From Candidatus Micrarchaeota archaeon (GTDB taxonomy: Archaea > Micrarchaeota > Micrarchaeia > Norongarragalinales > Norongarragalinaceae): a stretch of DNA of 64,000 nucleotides. The DNA is taken from NCBI GenBank assembly GCA_964580705.1, contig CAZOKY010000001.1, forward strand, positions 1,224 through 65,223. The letters are read 5' to 3'. Below the pieces are notes generated by a model, which saw nothing but the letters and a program-made list of their open reading frames with translations, made no database searches and was not told the origin of the DNA. Below, piece by piece: positions 47,122 through 55,570 of this stretch; the stretch's first letter is position 1; each line of letters begins with the position of its first letter. The translations under genes were made by a program, and so were the position numbers.

Positions 47122-47616
47122 TTACCTGTACGATTTCGTGAAACGCGCCCTAGCGCCCGGACCCTTGAACTTCTTCGGCTCAACGCGGCGAGGGTCTTCA
47201 ACGAGCAACGAACGATCGTATTCGATGAGACGCGTCTTCAAATCGTCGTCCCCGCTAGCCGCAACGAGCGCGCGAGCAATCGCGGTGCGCACGGCTTGAG
47301 CTTGCCCCATGCGTCCTCCGCCTCGCACTGCGACGTCTACGTCGTACTGCGCTGAAGATTCGATGAGTTGCAACGGCTCGCTTATGACGGCTCGCTCGAC
47401 GGGCGAGTGGATGGCGGCGAGCGCGAGGCCGTTGATGCGTACGACGCCTTTCCCGGGCTGCGCTGCGGGGCGGATGCTGGCGCGCGCGATCGCTTCCTTG
47501 CGTTTTCCGCGTTGCACGAGCAGTTTCTTCTTTTTTTGCCTCGCCGGTTTTTTCGCGGCGCTTGCAGCGCCTGCAGCGCCCGCGGCGCCGGCTTCAGTTT
47601 TTTTTCTTGCAGCCAT
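47122..47616 (-). CDS. rps9: ribosomal protein S9 with an A/K-rich N-terminal extension
   Basis: S9 C-terminal motifs (GGGRMGQAQA ... RFTKSYR). Confidence 0.9.
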   Translation of the reverse strand: MAARKKTEAGAAGAAGAASAAKKPARQKKKKLLVQRGKRKEAIARASIRPAAQPGKGVVRINGLALAAIHSPVERAVISEPLQLIESSAQYDVDVAVRGGGRMGQAQAVRTAIARALVAASGDDDLKTRLIEYDRSLLVEDPRRVEPKKFKGPGARARFTKSYR

Positions 47617-47670
47617 TAAAAATCAACTCTCAAAACCAACAAACCAAACAAACGAACAGTTTACATTTCC

Positions 47671-48162
47671 TTAATTTTTCGGAGTCCAACCGAGCCTCTC
47701 ACAAATGTCGATCACGCTGACTTTGCTTCGCCCCAGCGCTTCCTGCGTCTTCGGCGGCTTCTCGCGCTTCGCGCCGTGCAATTCGCTCGGCCCCGCGCCG
47801 TAAAAAACGATTATGCGTTTGAACGCGGCGGCGCCGCGCGCGGTGTGCCACGGAAGCATGCCGCGAATCGAGCGCTTGAAAAACAAGTCGGGCCGCCTAG
47901 GCCAGTGAGCACTGTGCTCGGGATTCGCCTTGTCCTGCTGCAAGCGCCTGCGGAAGTATTTGCGAGCGATTTCTTCCGCGTTACCGGAAAAAACCGCTTT
48001 CTCGGCGTTCACGATTCGCACTTCGTTTCCCTGCAAAGCCTCGTGCGCGACGACGGCTGCAAGCCGTCCGACGATCGCGCCTTCAGCATCGTAAACGATT
48101 ATTTTCTTCACTTTGCTTTTGAGTTTGGCGTTACCGAGTTTTTGTCTTCCTTTTTCAGCCAT
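47671..48162 (-). CDS. rpl13: ribosomal protein L13
   Basis: IVYDAEGAIVGRLAAVVA ... VNAEKAV. Confidence 0.9.
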   Translation of the reverse strand: MAEKGRQKLGNAKLKSKVKKIIVYDAEGAIVGRLAAVVAHEALQGNEVRIVNAEKAVFSGNAEEIARKYFRRRLQQDKANPEHSAHWPRRPDLFFKRSIRGMLPWHTARGAAAFKRIIVFYGAGPSELHGAKREKPPKTQEALGRSKVSVIDICERLGWTPKN

Positions 48163-48175
48163 AAAAAACCACGAT

Positions 48176-48538
48176 TTACAAAATTAACCTGACTTTCTTG
48201 CCTTGCGGATTGCGTTCCGCGAGCCGAGCGAGCGGAACCGCGTCGCACTTCGCCTTCTTGAGCTTGATAAGCGCCGTCTTCGACGCCTTGAAGTAACCGA
48301 TTGCGAGCGAGTGCGTAACGTCGCCTTGCGCGAGCAGCTTGCCTGGAAACGCGACGGTTTCGCCTTCCTTCGTGATGACGTTGAGGCGCGACAAATTCAA
48401 TTCGCTTCTCGCCCTCGCGGGAGCGCGCAAACGCTCGGCGCACGCAGTCCAAACCGGAGCGCTGTTCTTGCGCCCAGTTTTCTCGAGCAACGCCACCAGC
48501 TTCACCGTCGATAATGCTTCAGGACCAATACTGCTCAT
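48176..48538 (-). CDS. rpl18e: ribosomal protein L18e
   Basis: L18e sequence; conserved position upstream of L13. Confidence 0.85.
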   Translation of the reverse strand: MSSIGPEALSTVKLVALLEKTGRKNSAPVWTACAERLRAPARARSELNLSRLNVITKEGETVAFPGKLLAQGDVTHSLAIGYFKASKTALIKLKKAKCDAVPLARLAERNPQGKKVRLIL

Positions 48539-48609
48539 TTCTTACCAACTTTCTTTTTCTTTTTTTGTTTTTCTTTTTTTATTTTTTATTTCCGTTTTTT
48601 AATCGTTAA

Positions 48610-48694
48610 TGCAGGGGGAGGGATTCGAACCCCCGAACCCCTAAGGGACAGGCACCTCAAGCCTGCACGTTTGACCAGGCTTCGCTACCCCTGC
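48610..48694 (-). tRNA. tRNA-Leu (GAG), class II with a long variable arm
   Basis: Hand-folded: GCAGGGG acceptor, 3-bp D-stem, anticodon arm CAGGC-UUGAGGU-GCCUG, variable arm UCCCUUAGGGGUUC, T-arm GGGGG-UUCGAAU-CCCUC. Confidence 0.8.
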
Positions 48695-48703
48695 CCATAA
48701 CCG

Positions 48704-49771
48704 CTATTCTTCCTTGTCCTTCCTCGCCTTTGACTCCTTATCCTTCTTCGCCCTGCGCTTGCTCTCCTTCTTTTCCTTCGCCGTCTGTTCGACGAGCTCC
48801 ACTTGATCGAATTGCTCCGCCGGAGCTTCGGCAGCCAACGCCTTCGCCGCCTCTTCTTGCGCGACCACAGCCGCTTCCGCGACCTTAACTTCCTGCGCAG
48901 CGCTCGCCGCCGCAACCGCTTCAGCCGCTGCAACGCGCGCGTCCTCCTCGAGCTTCTCGAGCTTCTTCGGATTCTTCACTCCTTCCTCGACGAACTCGAG
49001 TTTTTCTCCGATCAAACGCAAGCCGCGCTCCAACTGCTCGCTCGCGGAAAGGTTGTTGAACGATTCAACGAAAAAAACGAATTCACCCGGCTTCGGGCGA
49101 ACGGTAATCGCAGCCTTCGGGCACGACTCGACGCAGGATTCGCACAACAAGCATTGTTCCGGCGAAGTCAATTTGATGTGCGGCGAAATTATTTTCACTG
49201 GACAGGCTTTAACGCACTCCCCGCACTTGTCGCACTTGCTTGAAACGTGAAAGTCAGGCATCGCCGAATACGACGCGAGCGCGCTCTGAAATTTAGCGTG
49301 GTTGCGTGCGGCGCCTTGAACCGCAGTCGCCTCAAGCCTTAGTTTCTGGCCTTTGCCTAGGCGCATCAACGGAACGCGTTCGCAAAAAACGCGTATCACG
49401 GGGTCGGAACTCTGCAGTTCCCGCGAGTAAACCGTGCGCGCGGCGTCCTGTGCTTCCGCCTCGAGACTGAACGAGATTTGCGTGCCAGGCGCGACGCCTT
49501 CCTCGAAAGTCAATGGCACGAGCGCCAAACGGCTCGCCACGTATTCGTTGAACAACGGCGACGTGTTCTCGTAAAACGAAATCTCGTCTATCGCGAACGT
49601 CGGAACCTCCGCGTTCAACGTTCTTCGCAAAGCGTTCAAAAAGTGTTCGTCCGCTCCGCTGACTAAAACGCGCAGCTTGTTCGGCTGCGATTCACTTAAA
49701 GCTTCAAACTTCATTTCAACCATCCGCCTTTTTTCCACGCCTTTTTTCAACGCTTTTTCCACGCCGTTCAA
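48704..49771 (-). CDS. rpoD: DNA-directed RNA polymerase subunit D (Rpb3) with a 4Fe-4S domain and a ~100-aa E/A/K-rich C-terminal tail
   Basis: CDKCGECVKACP ... CLLCESCVESCP Fe-S domain and an Rpb3 dimerisation domain. The start may be an internal M (49714/49723). Confidence 0.85.
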   Translation of the reverse strand: MNGVEKALKKGVEKRRMVEMKFEALSESQPNKLRVLVSGADEHFLNALRRTLNAEVPTFAIDEISFYENTSPLFNEYVASRLALVPLTFEEGVAPGTQISFSLEAEAQDAARTVYSRELQSSDPVIRVFCERVPLMRLGKGQKLRLEATAVQGAARNHAKFQSALASYSAMPDFHVSSKCDKCGECVKACPVKIISPHIKLTSPEQCLLCESCVESCPKAAITVRPKPGEFVFFVESFNNLSASEQLERGLRLIGEKLEFVEEGVKNPKKLEKLEEDARVAAAEAVAAASAAQEVKVAEAAVVAQEEAAKALAAEAPAEQFDQVELVEQTAKEKKESKRRAKKDKESKARKDKEE

Positions 49772-49806
49772 AAAACGGTTTTCGGTTTCAGCAAACGCTT
49801 TAAATC

Positions 49807-50376
49807 TTAAACTCTCCTTCCGCGTTTACCGCCCGGACGGCGAGTAGTGTCAGTAGGAATCGGAGTCGCGTCCTCGATTTTACCTATGCGCAAACCCGAA
49901 CGCGCCAACGCGCGAATAGACGCTTGCGCTCCCGAGCCGGGAGTTTTCGAACCGTGTCCGCCGGGCGCGCGCACGCGCACGTGAACGCCCGTAATGCCGC
50001 GTTCCTTCGCTTTTTCGGCGGCTTTGAAAGTCGCCTGCATCGAGGCGTACGGCCCGCCTTCCTCGCGATCCGCTTTCACGATCATTCCGCCGCTGGCAGC
50101 CGAAATCGTTTCAGCGCCGCTCAAATCCGTAATCGTGATAATAGTGTCGTTCTTGCTGGAGTAAATGTGCGCTACGCCCCACAACTCGTGGCGCGAAACA
50201 GGCGCGTAATCGCGGCGAGGCTGAGCCGACGCTTGTTGCGTCGAAGACGCCTGCTGCGCTGACGCTTGCTGCGTTGAAGCCGGAGCTGCTTGCGCTGAAA
50301 GCGCTGCGGGCGCGGCTTTCGTTGCAGCGGGTTGCGCGGCAACCGCTTCCTCAACTTTCTTTTCTTCTTCAGCCAT
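49807..50376 (-). CDS. rps11: ribosomal protein S11 with an A/Q-rich N-terminal extension
   Basis: S11 core ([18 protein letters not shown] ... [13 protein letters not shown]). ATG 50376. Confidence 0.9.
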   Translation of the reverse strand: MAEEEKKVEEAVAAQPAATKAAPAALSAQAAPASTQQASAQQASSTQQASAQPRRDYAPVSRHELWGVAHIYSSKNDTIITITDLSGAETISAASGGMIVKADREEGGPYASMQATFKAAEKAKERGITGVHVRVRAPGGHGSKTPGSGAQASIRALARSGLRIGKIEDATPIPTDTTRRPGGKRGRRV

Positions 50377-50420
50377 TGAAAACAATCCACTCAACAAACG
50401 GTTAATGAAAACTTAAAAAC

Positions 50421-51050
50421 TCACTTGTTCTCTTCTTTCGTTTCCTCTTTCGCTTCCGAAGGCTTCACTTCCGGCTCTGCTTCGGTTTTCGCTTCGGCCT
50501 TAGGCGTCTCCGGCTTCGCTTCTCCGACTGCGCGGGCGTCACGGGAAGCGGAAGGCGCGGGCGCGTTGCCCGAAACGGGTTTCCCGAACCAGTCAACAAT
50601 GCTTTCCTCGCTGAACTTCACTAAGTACGAAGGAGCGCCGACGCGTTTCGCGTCCACACCCACGTGACCGTGAACGATTAACTGCCTCGCCTGCCTCGTC
50701 GTCTGCGCCAAGCGCTTCTTGAAAACGATTGACTGCAATCGGCGGGCCAAAATGTCGCGAACGTCGAGCGCGAGAATGTCGTCGAGCGTGCAAGCCGGAT
50801 TATTCAACAAAAACGAGCGAACACGCTTCAGCAAGCGTTCCGTCCTCTCTTCGATGTTCTTACCTTTCTTGGAAAGCAGGCGGCGGGCTTCGCGGCGAGT
50901 CTTGCGCAACATCGTGCGCATACGCCAAAGCTCGCGCGAGTTCTTCAACCCGAATTCCTCACGCAACGAAGAATCTTCATCGATGCGCTTGTGCTCCCAC
51001 AATTTTTTCGGGGTTTCGTACTGCTTGCGAGCTTTCTTCGGGTCTCCCAT
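50421..51050 (-). CDS. rps4: ribosomal protein S4 with a C-terminal K/E/A/P-rich tail
   Basis: S4 N-terminal motifs and S4 RNA-binding domain. Confidence 0.9.
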   Translation of the reverse strand: MGDPKKARKQYETPKKLWEHKRIDEDSSLREEFGLKNSRELWRMRTMLRKTRREARRLLSKKGKNIEERTERLLKRVRSFLLNNPACTLDDILALDVRDILARRLQSIVFKKRLAQTTRQARQLIVHGHVGVDAKRVGAPSYLVKFSEESIVDWFGKPVSGNAPAPSASRDARAVGEAKPETPKAEAKTEAEPEVKPSEAKEETKEENK

Positions 51051-51099
51051 TAAAACACAACCTTGAAATCAAAACACTAAAAACTAATTTTTCTTACTT

Positions 51100-51822
51100 T
51101 CATTGCTTCTTTTCTTTTTCCCCGCCTTTCTCCTGAGCGCCGGTTGCCGCAGCGGCTTTCTGCGCCTTCAACGCCTTCTTGAGCACTCCCACCGTCAAAC
51201 CGCTTCGCCCCGTAGTGCGCGAGTGCTGCCCGCGGACGCGTTGCCCGAGTCCGAAACGGTAGCCTTTCCACGAGCGCGTGTTGCGTTCGCCTTCAATGTC
51301 CTGGCGCAACGAAAACTGCAAATCACTCATCGTAAGATGCTTGTCCGTCCCAGCCGCCTTGTCGCGCACGCGATTGAGCTGGAACGAACGAACGCCGTGT
51401 TTTTCCGGGAAGCGGACGATTTCCTCGATTGCGGCGAGTTGCTCGTCCTTCATTTCGCCAACCCACTCGCTTTCCTTCAACCCCAATTCTTTGCGGGCTG
51501 CACGCGCGACGTTCGACGCGATAGCGTGCCCGACTCCCTTGATTTTGCGGAGCGCGCTGCGCAGGGGAGTATGTCCTTCGATGTCTTTCCCGAGAATGCG
51601 GACGATTCCTTTAAAGTCCTTGCTTTCCTTCCCCGTCATCTTGACGGTAATTCCTTTGTAAGCCTGCGGACCGCGCGTTGCGCCGGCGGCAGCTGCCGCT
51701 TGCGCGGCTTTCGCTTCCTGTTTCGAACCCGGCTTCGTGATGACGGCGCGCGATTGCTCGGCGGCTTTCGCTGGCGCTGCAGGTTTTTGCGATTGATTCT
51801 TCGTTTTGTCGTCAGCCAACAC
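51100..51822 (-). CDS. rps13: ribosomal protein S13, with possible N- and C-terminal extensions
   Basis: S13 core begins near FKGIVRILGKDIEG. The track start is GTG 51822; an alternative ATG at 51639 would remove the N-terminal extension. Confidence 0.85.
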   Translation of the reverse strand: MLADDKTKNQSQKPAAPAKAAEQSRAVITKPGSKQEAKAAQAAAAAGATRGPQAYKGITVKMTGKESKDFKGIVRILGKDIEGHTPLRSALRKIKGVGHAIASNVARAARKELGLKESEWVGEMKDEQLAAIEEIVRFPEKHGVRSFQLNRVRDKAAGTDKHLTMSDLQFSLRQDIEGERNTRSWKGYRFGLGQRVRGQHSRTTGRSGLTVGVLKKALKAQKAAAATGAQEKGGEKEKKQ

Positions 51823-51860
51823 GAATCACTCTGAACGCTGAATAACGAATAAAAGCAAGC

Positions 51861-52047
51861 GCCGGGACTGAGAAATCCGCGACTCTCGCGATCGTTCTGT
51901 TTTTCGATCTTTTTTCGAGAGAAGTTTCGAACTCAGGAGGCCCTTACGGGCCACAAGCTCCCCGGAAATCAAGACGGATACGCCTGTTTTTCAGGCAGTC
52001 CGAAAAAAGTTTTCCAGGCCTGCGCATTACCGCTCTGCCATCCCGGC
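51861..52047 (-). tRNA. putative tRNA-Ser (GGA) interrupted by up to three introns (anticodon loop, variable region, T-loop)
   Basis: Hand-folded. 5' GCCGGGA-UG-GCAG-AGCGGUA-AUGC-G-CAGGC-CUGGAA[14 nt]U-GCCUG. Variable-arm hairpin GGCCC-GUAA-GGGCC. T-stem halves CUGAG..CUCAG separated by ~50 nt. 3' acceptor UCCCGGC. A palindromic TATA-like gcgctttaaaaaagcg is centred ~29 nt upstream of the 5' end. Confidence 0.35.
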
Positions 52048-52068
52048 GCAAACAATGTTTTGCGCCCA

Positions 52069-52084
52069 GCGCTTTAAAAAAGCG
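52069..52084 (-). promoter_or_regulatory. TATA-box-like element upstream of the putative tRNA-Ser
   Basis: gcgctttaaaaaagcg, centred ~29 nt from the proposed tRNA 5' end. Confidence 0.3.
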
Positions 52085-52230
52085 TTGGCGAAAAGCAGAA
52101 CGCAATGCTTCCTTTGAGCCGCGCGGCACGCACGAAGCGGGCTCGCGTTCCCTCGAAAGAGTAATTATTTCCCGCGCGGAGCTTTAAAAAGCCTTCGAAA
52201 GAGAGGAAAACCAAAAACTAAAGTAAACAA

Positions 52231-53166
52231 CTAGAACGCGTGAATCACGCGGGAAACGTCGAACGCGAGGCCGTTCCTCCGCCCCTTGATTTCATCGCTC
52301 GAAAGCAGCGCGTCCGCGAAACAGACGAGTTCGCCTTTCAAACTCAAAATCTGCACCGCCTCACCCTTCGCGATTCCTTCGTCAAGCGAGCAAATACCGG
52401 GAATCGCGAGGTGCGCTCCCGTAGTAATCGGGCGCAACGCGTCGTCGTCCGCGACTACTCGCTTCAAGTGAATCGCTTCCTCTAAAGGCAAAACGCATTC
52501 GCGCAACGGCGCCTCGTTCTTTTTCTTTCCGTTCTCCTTCGCGAGCCAAACGCGGTCGCTCAACTCTTGAAGAGTAACGCACTGTTCTTCCGTAAAGGTA
52601 GCCGCTTCCGTCCTGCGCAGCTCAGCCATTACCGCCGCGTCGTTCACGACTTCCCCTAAATCGCGGACTAGAGCGCGAACGTAAAACCCCGCTTCCACGT
52701 CGCATTGAAACAACGCGAATCTTTCATTCACTTCAAGCAAGTCGAGGGAAAAAACCTCTCTTATCCTGAGGCGTTTCGCTACCGCGCTCGCTAGCGGCGG
52801 CGTCTGATAAATTTTTCCTCGGAAGCGCGAAAACGTTTTCTCCAGCGTGGCGGCCTTGATTGGTTTTTCAAACCGCGTGATGCAAACGTACTTCTTGCGT
52901 TGCTTCGACAGGAAGCCGCTGGCTTTGCACGCGTCGTTCAGCATCACGGGCAATACGCCGCTGACGTCGGGATCCAGCGTCCCGCTGTGCCCGGTTTTCT
53001 GCACGCCGAAACCGCTCAGGATTTTGCGTACGAAAGCGCTCGTCTCGTGCGAAGACGGACCGCAAGGCTTGTCGATTAACGCGACGCCGAAACGCAGGTA
53101 ATCGTTAAGCGGGCGCTCGCGCGGCGCAACGCCTAAAACGCCTTCCTGCTTGCGGAGAGTAATCAT
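52231..53166 (-). CDS. cbf5: tRNA/rRNA pseudouridine synthase Cbf5 (TruB family, with PUA domain)
   Basis: TruB catalytic motif (HSGTLDPDVSGVLPV) and a C-terminal PUA domain. Confidence 0.9.
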   Translation of the reverse strand: MITLRKQEGVLGVAPRERPLNDYLRFGVALIDKPCGPSSHETSAFVRKILSGFGVQKTGHSGTLDPDVSGVLPVMLNDACKASGFLSKQRKKYVCITRFEKPIKAATLEKTFSRFRGKIYQTPPLASAVAKRLRIREVFSLDLLEVNERFALFQCDVEAGFYVRALVRDLGEVVNDAAVMAELRRTEAATFTEEQCVTLQELSDRVWLAKENGKKKNEAPLRECVLPLEEAIHLKRVVADDDALRPITTGAHLAIPGICSLDEGIAKGEAVQILSLKGELVCFADALLSSDEIKGRRNGLAFDVSRVIHAF

Positions 53167-53202
53167 TTCGAATCGTTTTTAATTCAAGCAACGGCTTAAT
53201 TA

Positions 53203-53676
53203 ATGCTTATGCAACCGAAAAGAGTTGAACCTCTCGGACCAATCGAACAGCTCGTCGAAGGCCACCGTTTCTTGGGAACTGAGTTTTTTCATTATTCAGT
53301 CGTTCCTCCTCGCCCCGACACCAACGATTTGACGAGAATACGGCTGGCAATCGCAGCAAGAGGTGACTGGGACCACGCGAAGTTGATGGAACAAACGTAC
53401 TACAAGCGAATCGGAATTGAAGTCAAAGATTCGGATACGGAAAAACAGACGAACCACAAACGAAACGGAGCCGAAGTTGAAGAGCCGTCTGCGGAAATAG
53501 TTCTCCAGACGAAGCTAAGCCAAAAAGAAATAGACGAGATAATGACACAATTAAAAATAAAGAAACGCGAAATAGGCGAAGCAATGAAACCGGAAACAAA
53601 AAACCCACAAAAAGACGAAACAGCAATACAATTAGAAATAAGGAAACAGTTAGAACTAAGGAGCCGCCGAAACTAG
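53203..53676 (+). CDS. hypothetical protein with a K/E-rich C-terminal half
   Basis: ORF on the opposite strand within an r-protein region; AT-shifted composition; no motif recognised. It may not be a real gene. Confidence 0.25.
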   Translation: MLMQPKRVEPLGPIEQLVEGHRFLGTEFFHYSVVPPRPDTNDLTRIRLAIAARGDWDHAKLMEQTYYKRIGIEVKDSDTEKQTNHKRNGAEVEEPSAEIVLQTKLSQKEIDEIMTQLKIKKREIGEAMKPETKNPQKDETAIQLEIRKQLELRSRRN

Positions 53677-53840
53677 TCGAGGAGTTCCAAGTGCAGTACG
53701 TTGCAGCGCTTCTCCTTGCCTTTCTTGTCCTTAACCATCACGAAATTACGGTCGACGAGCTTCGTGATTTCCATCGTCTCGCCCGCTTTTCGTCCCGTGA
53801 GCTTGACTGCCTTTCTACCGACTTTCAACGCGCTAGCCAT
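53673..53840 (-). CDS. rpl14e: ribosomal protein L14e (minimal 55-aa form), not in ORF track
   Basis: My own translation: MASALKVGRKAVKLTGRKAGETMEITKLVDRNFVMVKDKKGKEKRCNVLHLELLD. KOW-like GR..G and KR.N..HLE are typical of L14e. Conserved neighbourhood with cmk and L34e. Confidence 0.7.
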   Translation of the reverse strand: MASALKVGRKAVKLTGRKAGETMEITKLVDRNFVMVKDKKGKEKRCNVLHLELLD

Positions 53841-53873
53841 AAAACAAAATCACCTTAAACGCTTCAAACGCTT

Positions 53874-54572
53874 TCAACGTTTTTTCTTTTTCCCAGCTTG
53901 TTTCTTAATCTTTTGCTTCTTCAACCGCTTAACGAGTTTGCGTTTGAGAGTAATTTTCTTTCCGCGCTTCCTTTTAATTCTTGTCTTAGAGACAAAACCA
54001 GCTTTTTCCCGTGCCAGCTTCACAATCGCTTCAACAACTTGCTTCGCGTTATTACGCTCGCCGTCGATTACGACGCACCCGCGCGGCAAACGCTTGACGT
54101 CCACGCCGTACAACCGACGGTAACGCAACGCGTTCTCCACGTCGCGACGCCGCGTGAAAGCCAGCGAATCGCGAAACGCGACGCCGTCCTCCTTCGCGCG
54201 CCTCTTCGCGCGCACCCGCAGCGGCACGTCCAGCCACACTTTCAAGTCGAACGCGGGCGGACGCAACGCGCCGCACCTGCGCCACACGCGCGAATCGTCG
54301 AGCCACACCGCAAGGCGCGAGGCGATGACGCAGGCGCGCGAGCGCGCAGCCAAATCGCATTGCTTGCGTTCGATGCGCAAATCGTGCTTCGGGAAATCGC
54401 GGAGCGCCAGTTCCTGCATTCGACCGAGCGATACGCCTCGCTCGCGGGCGAGAGTGCGGAGAGTGTAATTCAATTGCTTGAGCTTGAGCTTGCGGCTTGA
54501 GAGGCGCGCAGCAGTCGTCGCTCCGCAACCGCTGAAACCCGAAATGGCTATTCGCACGACAACCCCCACCAA
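53874..54572 (-). CDS. cmk: archaeal-type cytidylate kinase with a Lys-rich C-terminal tail
   Basis: P-loop ISGFSGCGATT and archaeal Cmk sequence. Confidence 0.8.
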   Translation of the reverse strand: MVGVVVRIAISGFSGCGATTAARLSSRKLKLKQLNYTLRTLARERGVSLGRMQELALRDFPKHDLRIERKQCDLAARSRACVIASRLAVWLDDSRVWRRCGALRPPAFDLKVWLDVPLRVRAKRRAKEDGVAFRDSLAFTRRRDVENALRYRRLYGVDVKRLPRGCVVIDGERNNAKQVVEAIVKLAREKAGFVSKTRIKRKRGKKITLKRKLVKRLKKQKIKKQAGKKKKR

Positions 54573-54598
54573 CTAACCGACGATTTAAATTTAGCGCT

Positions 54599-54916
54599 TC
54601 AACGCTTGAGGGCTTCAACCCACTTCAAACGCGCTACGGGCACTTCTTCCTTGGCAACGACGCCAGCCTTCAAACGCGTCCTGTCGCGCACGACTAGCGA
54701 AACGCATTTACCGCAAAGAACGCCGCCGAAAACTCGTTCCGGACGCTTTTCCGTCTTCGCGAGGCGCGCTTTCACGCGCGGAACGCCTTGCATCTTGCAG
54801 CTGCACAACGCGCAGTGCGCGATACCCGGAATGCGCTTCTTGTAAATCACCACGCGGTGCCCTGCCGGCGACCTGCGTTTGAGTACGCGCTTGCGACGAA
54901 AAGCTTTCGAAACCAT
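54599..54916 (-). CDS. rpl34e: ribosomal protein L34e
   Basis: Zinc-ribbon Cys (CALCSC ... CGKC) and an L34e N-terminus. Confidence 0.85.
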   Translation of the reverse strand: MVSKAFRRKRVLKRRSPAGHRVVIYKKRIPGIAHCALCSCKMQGVPRVKARLAKTEKRPERVFGGVLCGKCVSLVVRDRTRLKAGVVAKEEVPVARLKWVEALKR

Positions 54917-54994
54917 TTTGTTTATCCACCACCGTTTTTATGCTGCGATTGAAACGCAAAGAAACGCAAATCGTTTTGCAAATCGTTTTTGTGT

Positions 54995-55504
54995 TTAGCC
55001 CCGCTTAAATAGTTTTGCGATTCCGCCCAACGCGCGCGCTTCAACCTTAGTCCACAACAACTCCACTACCAGCATTCCAGCGACAACCGTGCTCCAAATG
55101 AAGAAACCGCGCGCGCCGAAAGTAGGCCGCCAAGCGGACGCGTTCCAGAAATCTATTCCTCCGGGAAGCGAAAACGGAAGCGTAATCGAGTAATTCGGGA
55201 ACAACGCCGGCAAAACGTAATTCCAAATAATGTAGTACAACGGGATTATGACGATGAACGCGCGAAACGGCAGAAACATCGTCTGCATCATCGCATCGTT
55301 CATCTCCTTCTCGCGCGACTGCAGTTCCTTCAACTTCGCTTCATCGTTGCGCTTCATCGCGTCCTGCATTTCCTTCATGTGGTCGTTGAAGCGCTTCTGC
55401 TTCGCGCGCACTTCGTCGCGCTTGCCGAGCGTCTTGTTCACGGCGTAGCTGACGAAAGCGAAGACAACCGAGAAAACAATAATCCAAAAAGTCGCTTCAC
55501 GCAT
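54995..55504 (-). CDS. DUF106-family membrane protein (archaeal Oxa1/EMC3/TMCO1-like insertase homolog)
   Basis: TM1, a coiled-coil KR-rich loop and TM2-3. Conserved position between secY and cmk. ATG 55504. Confidence 0.65.
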   Translation of the reverse strand: MREATFWIIVFSVVFAFVSYAVNKTLGKRDEVRAKQKRFNDHMKEMQDAMKRNDEAKLKELQSREKEMNDAMMQTMFLPFRAFIVIIPLYYIIWNYVLPALFPNYSITLPFSLPGGIDFWNASAWRPTFGARGFFIWSTVVAGMLVVELLWTKVEARALGGIAKLFKRG

Positions 55505-55570
55505 GAAAACCAGCCCCCCCAAAAAACCTGAAACCAAAGCCAAAAACGCAAAAAAAACTCAAAAAAATAA

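Noticed and set aside
51944-52129. 61-aa ORF inside the S13-Cbf5 gap
   Set aside because: No coding signature. The region is better explained by a structured RNA (putative tRNA-Ser with introns) plus a promoter.
53898-54618. ORFs overlapping cmk in other frames or strands
   Set aside because: cmk has P-loop and family motifs. The alternatives are Arg/Ala-rich GC artefacts.
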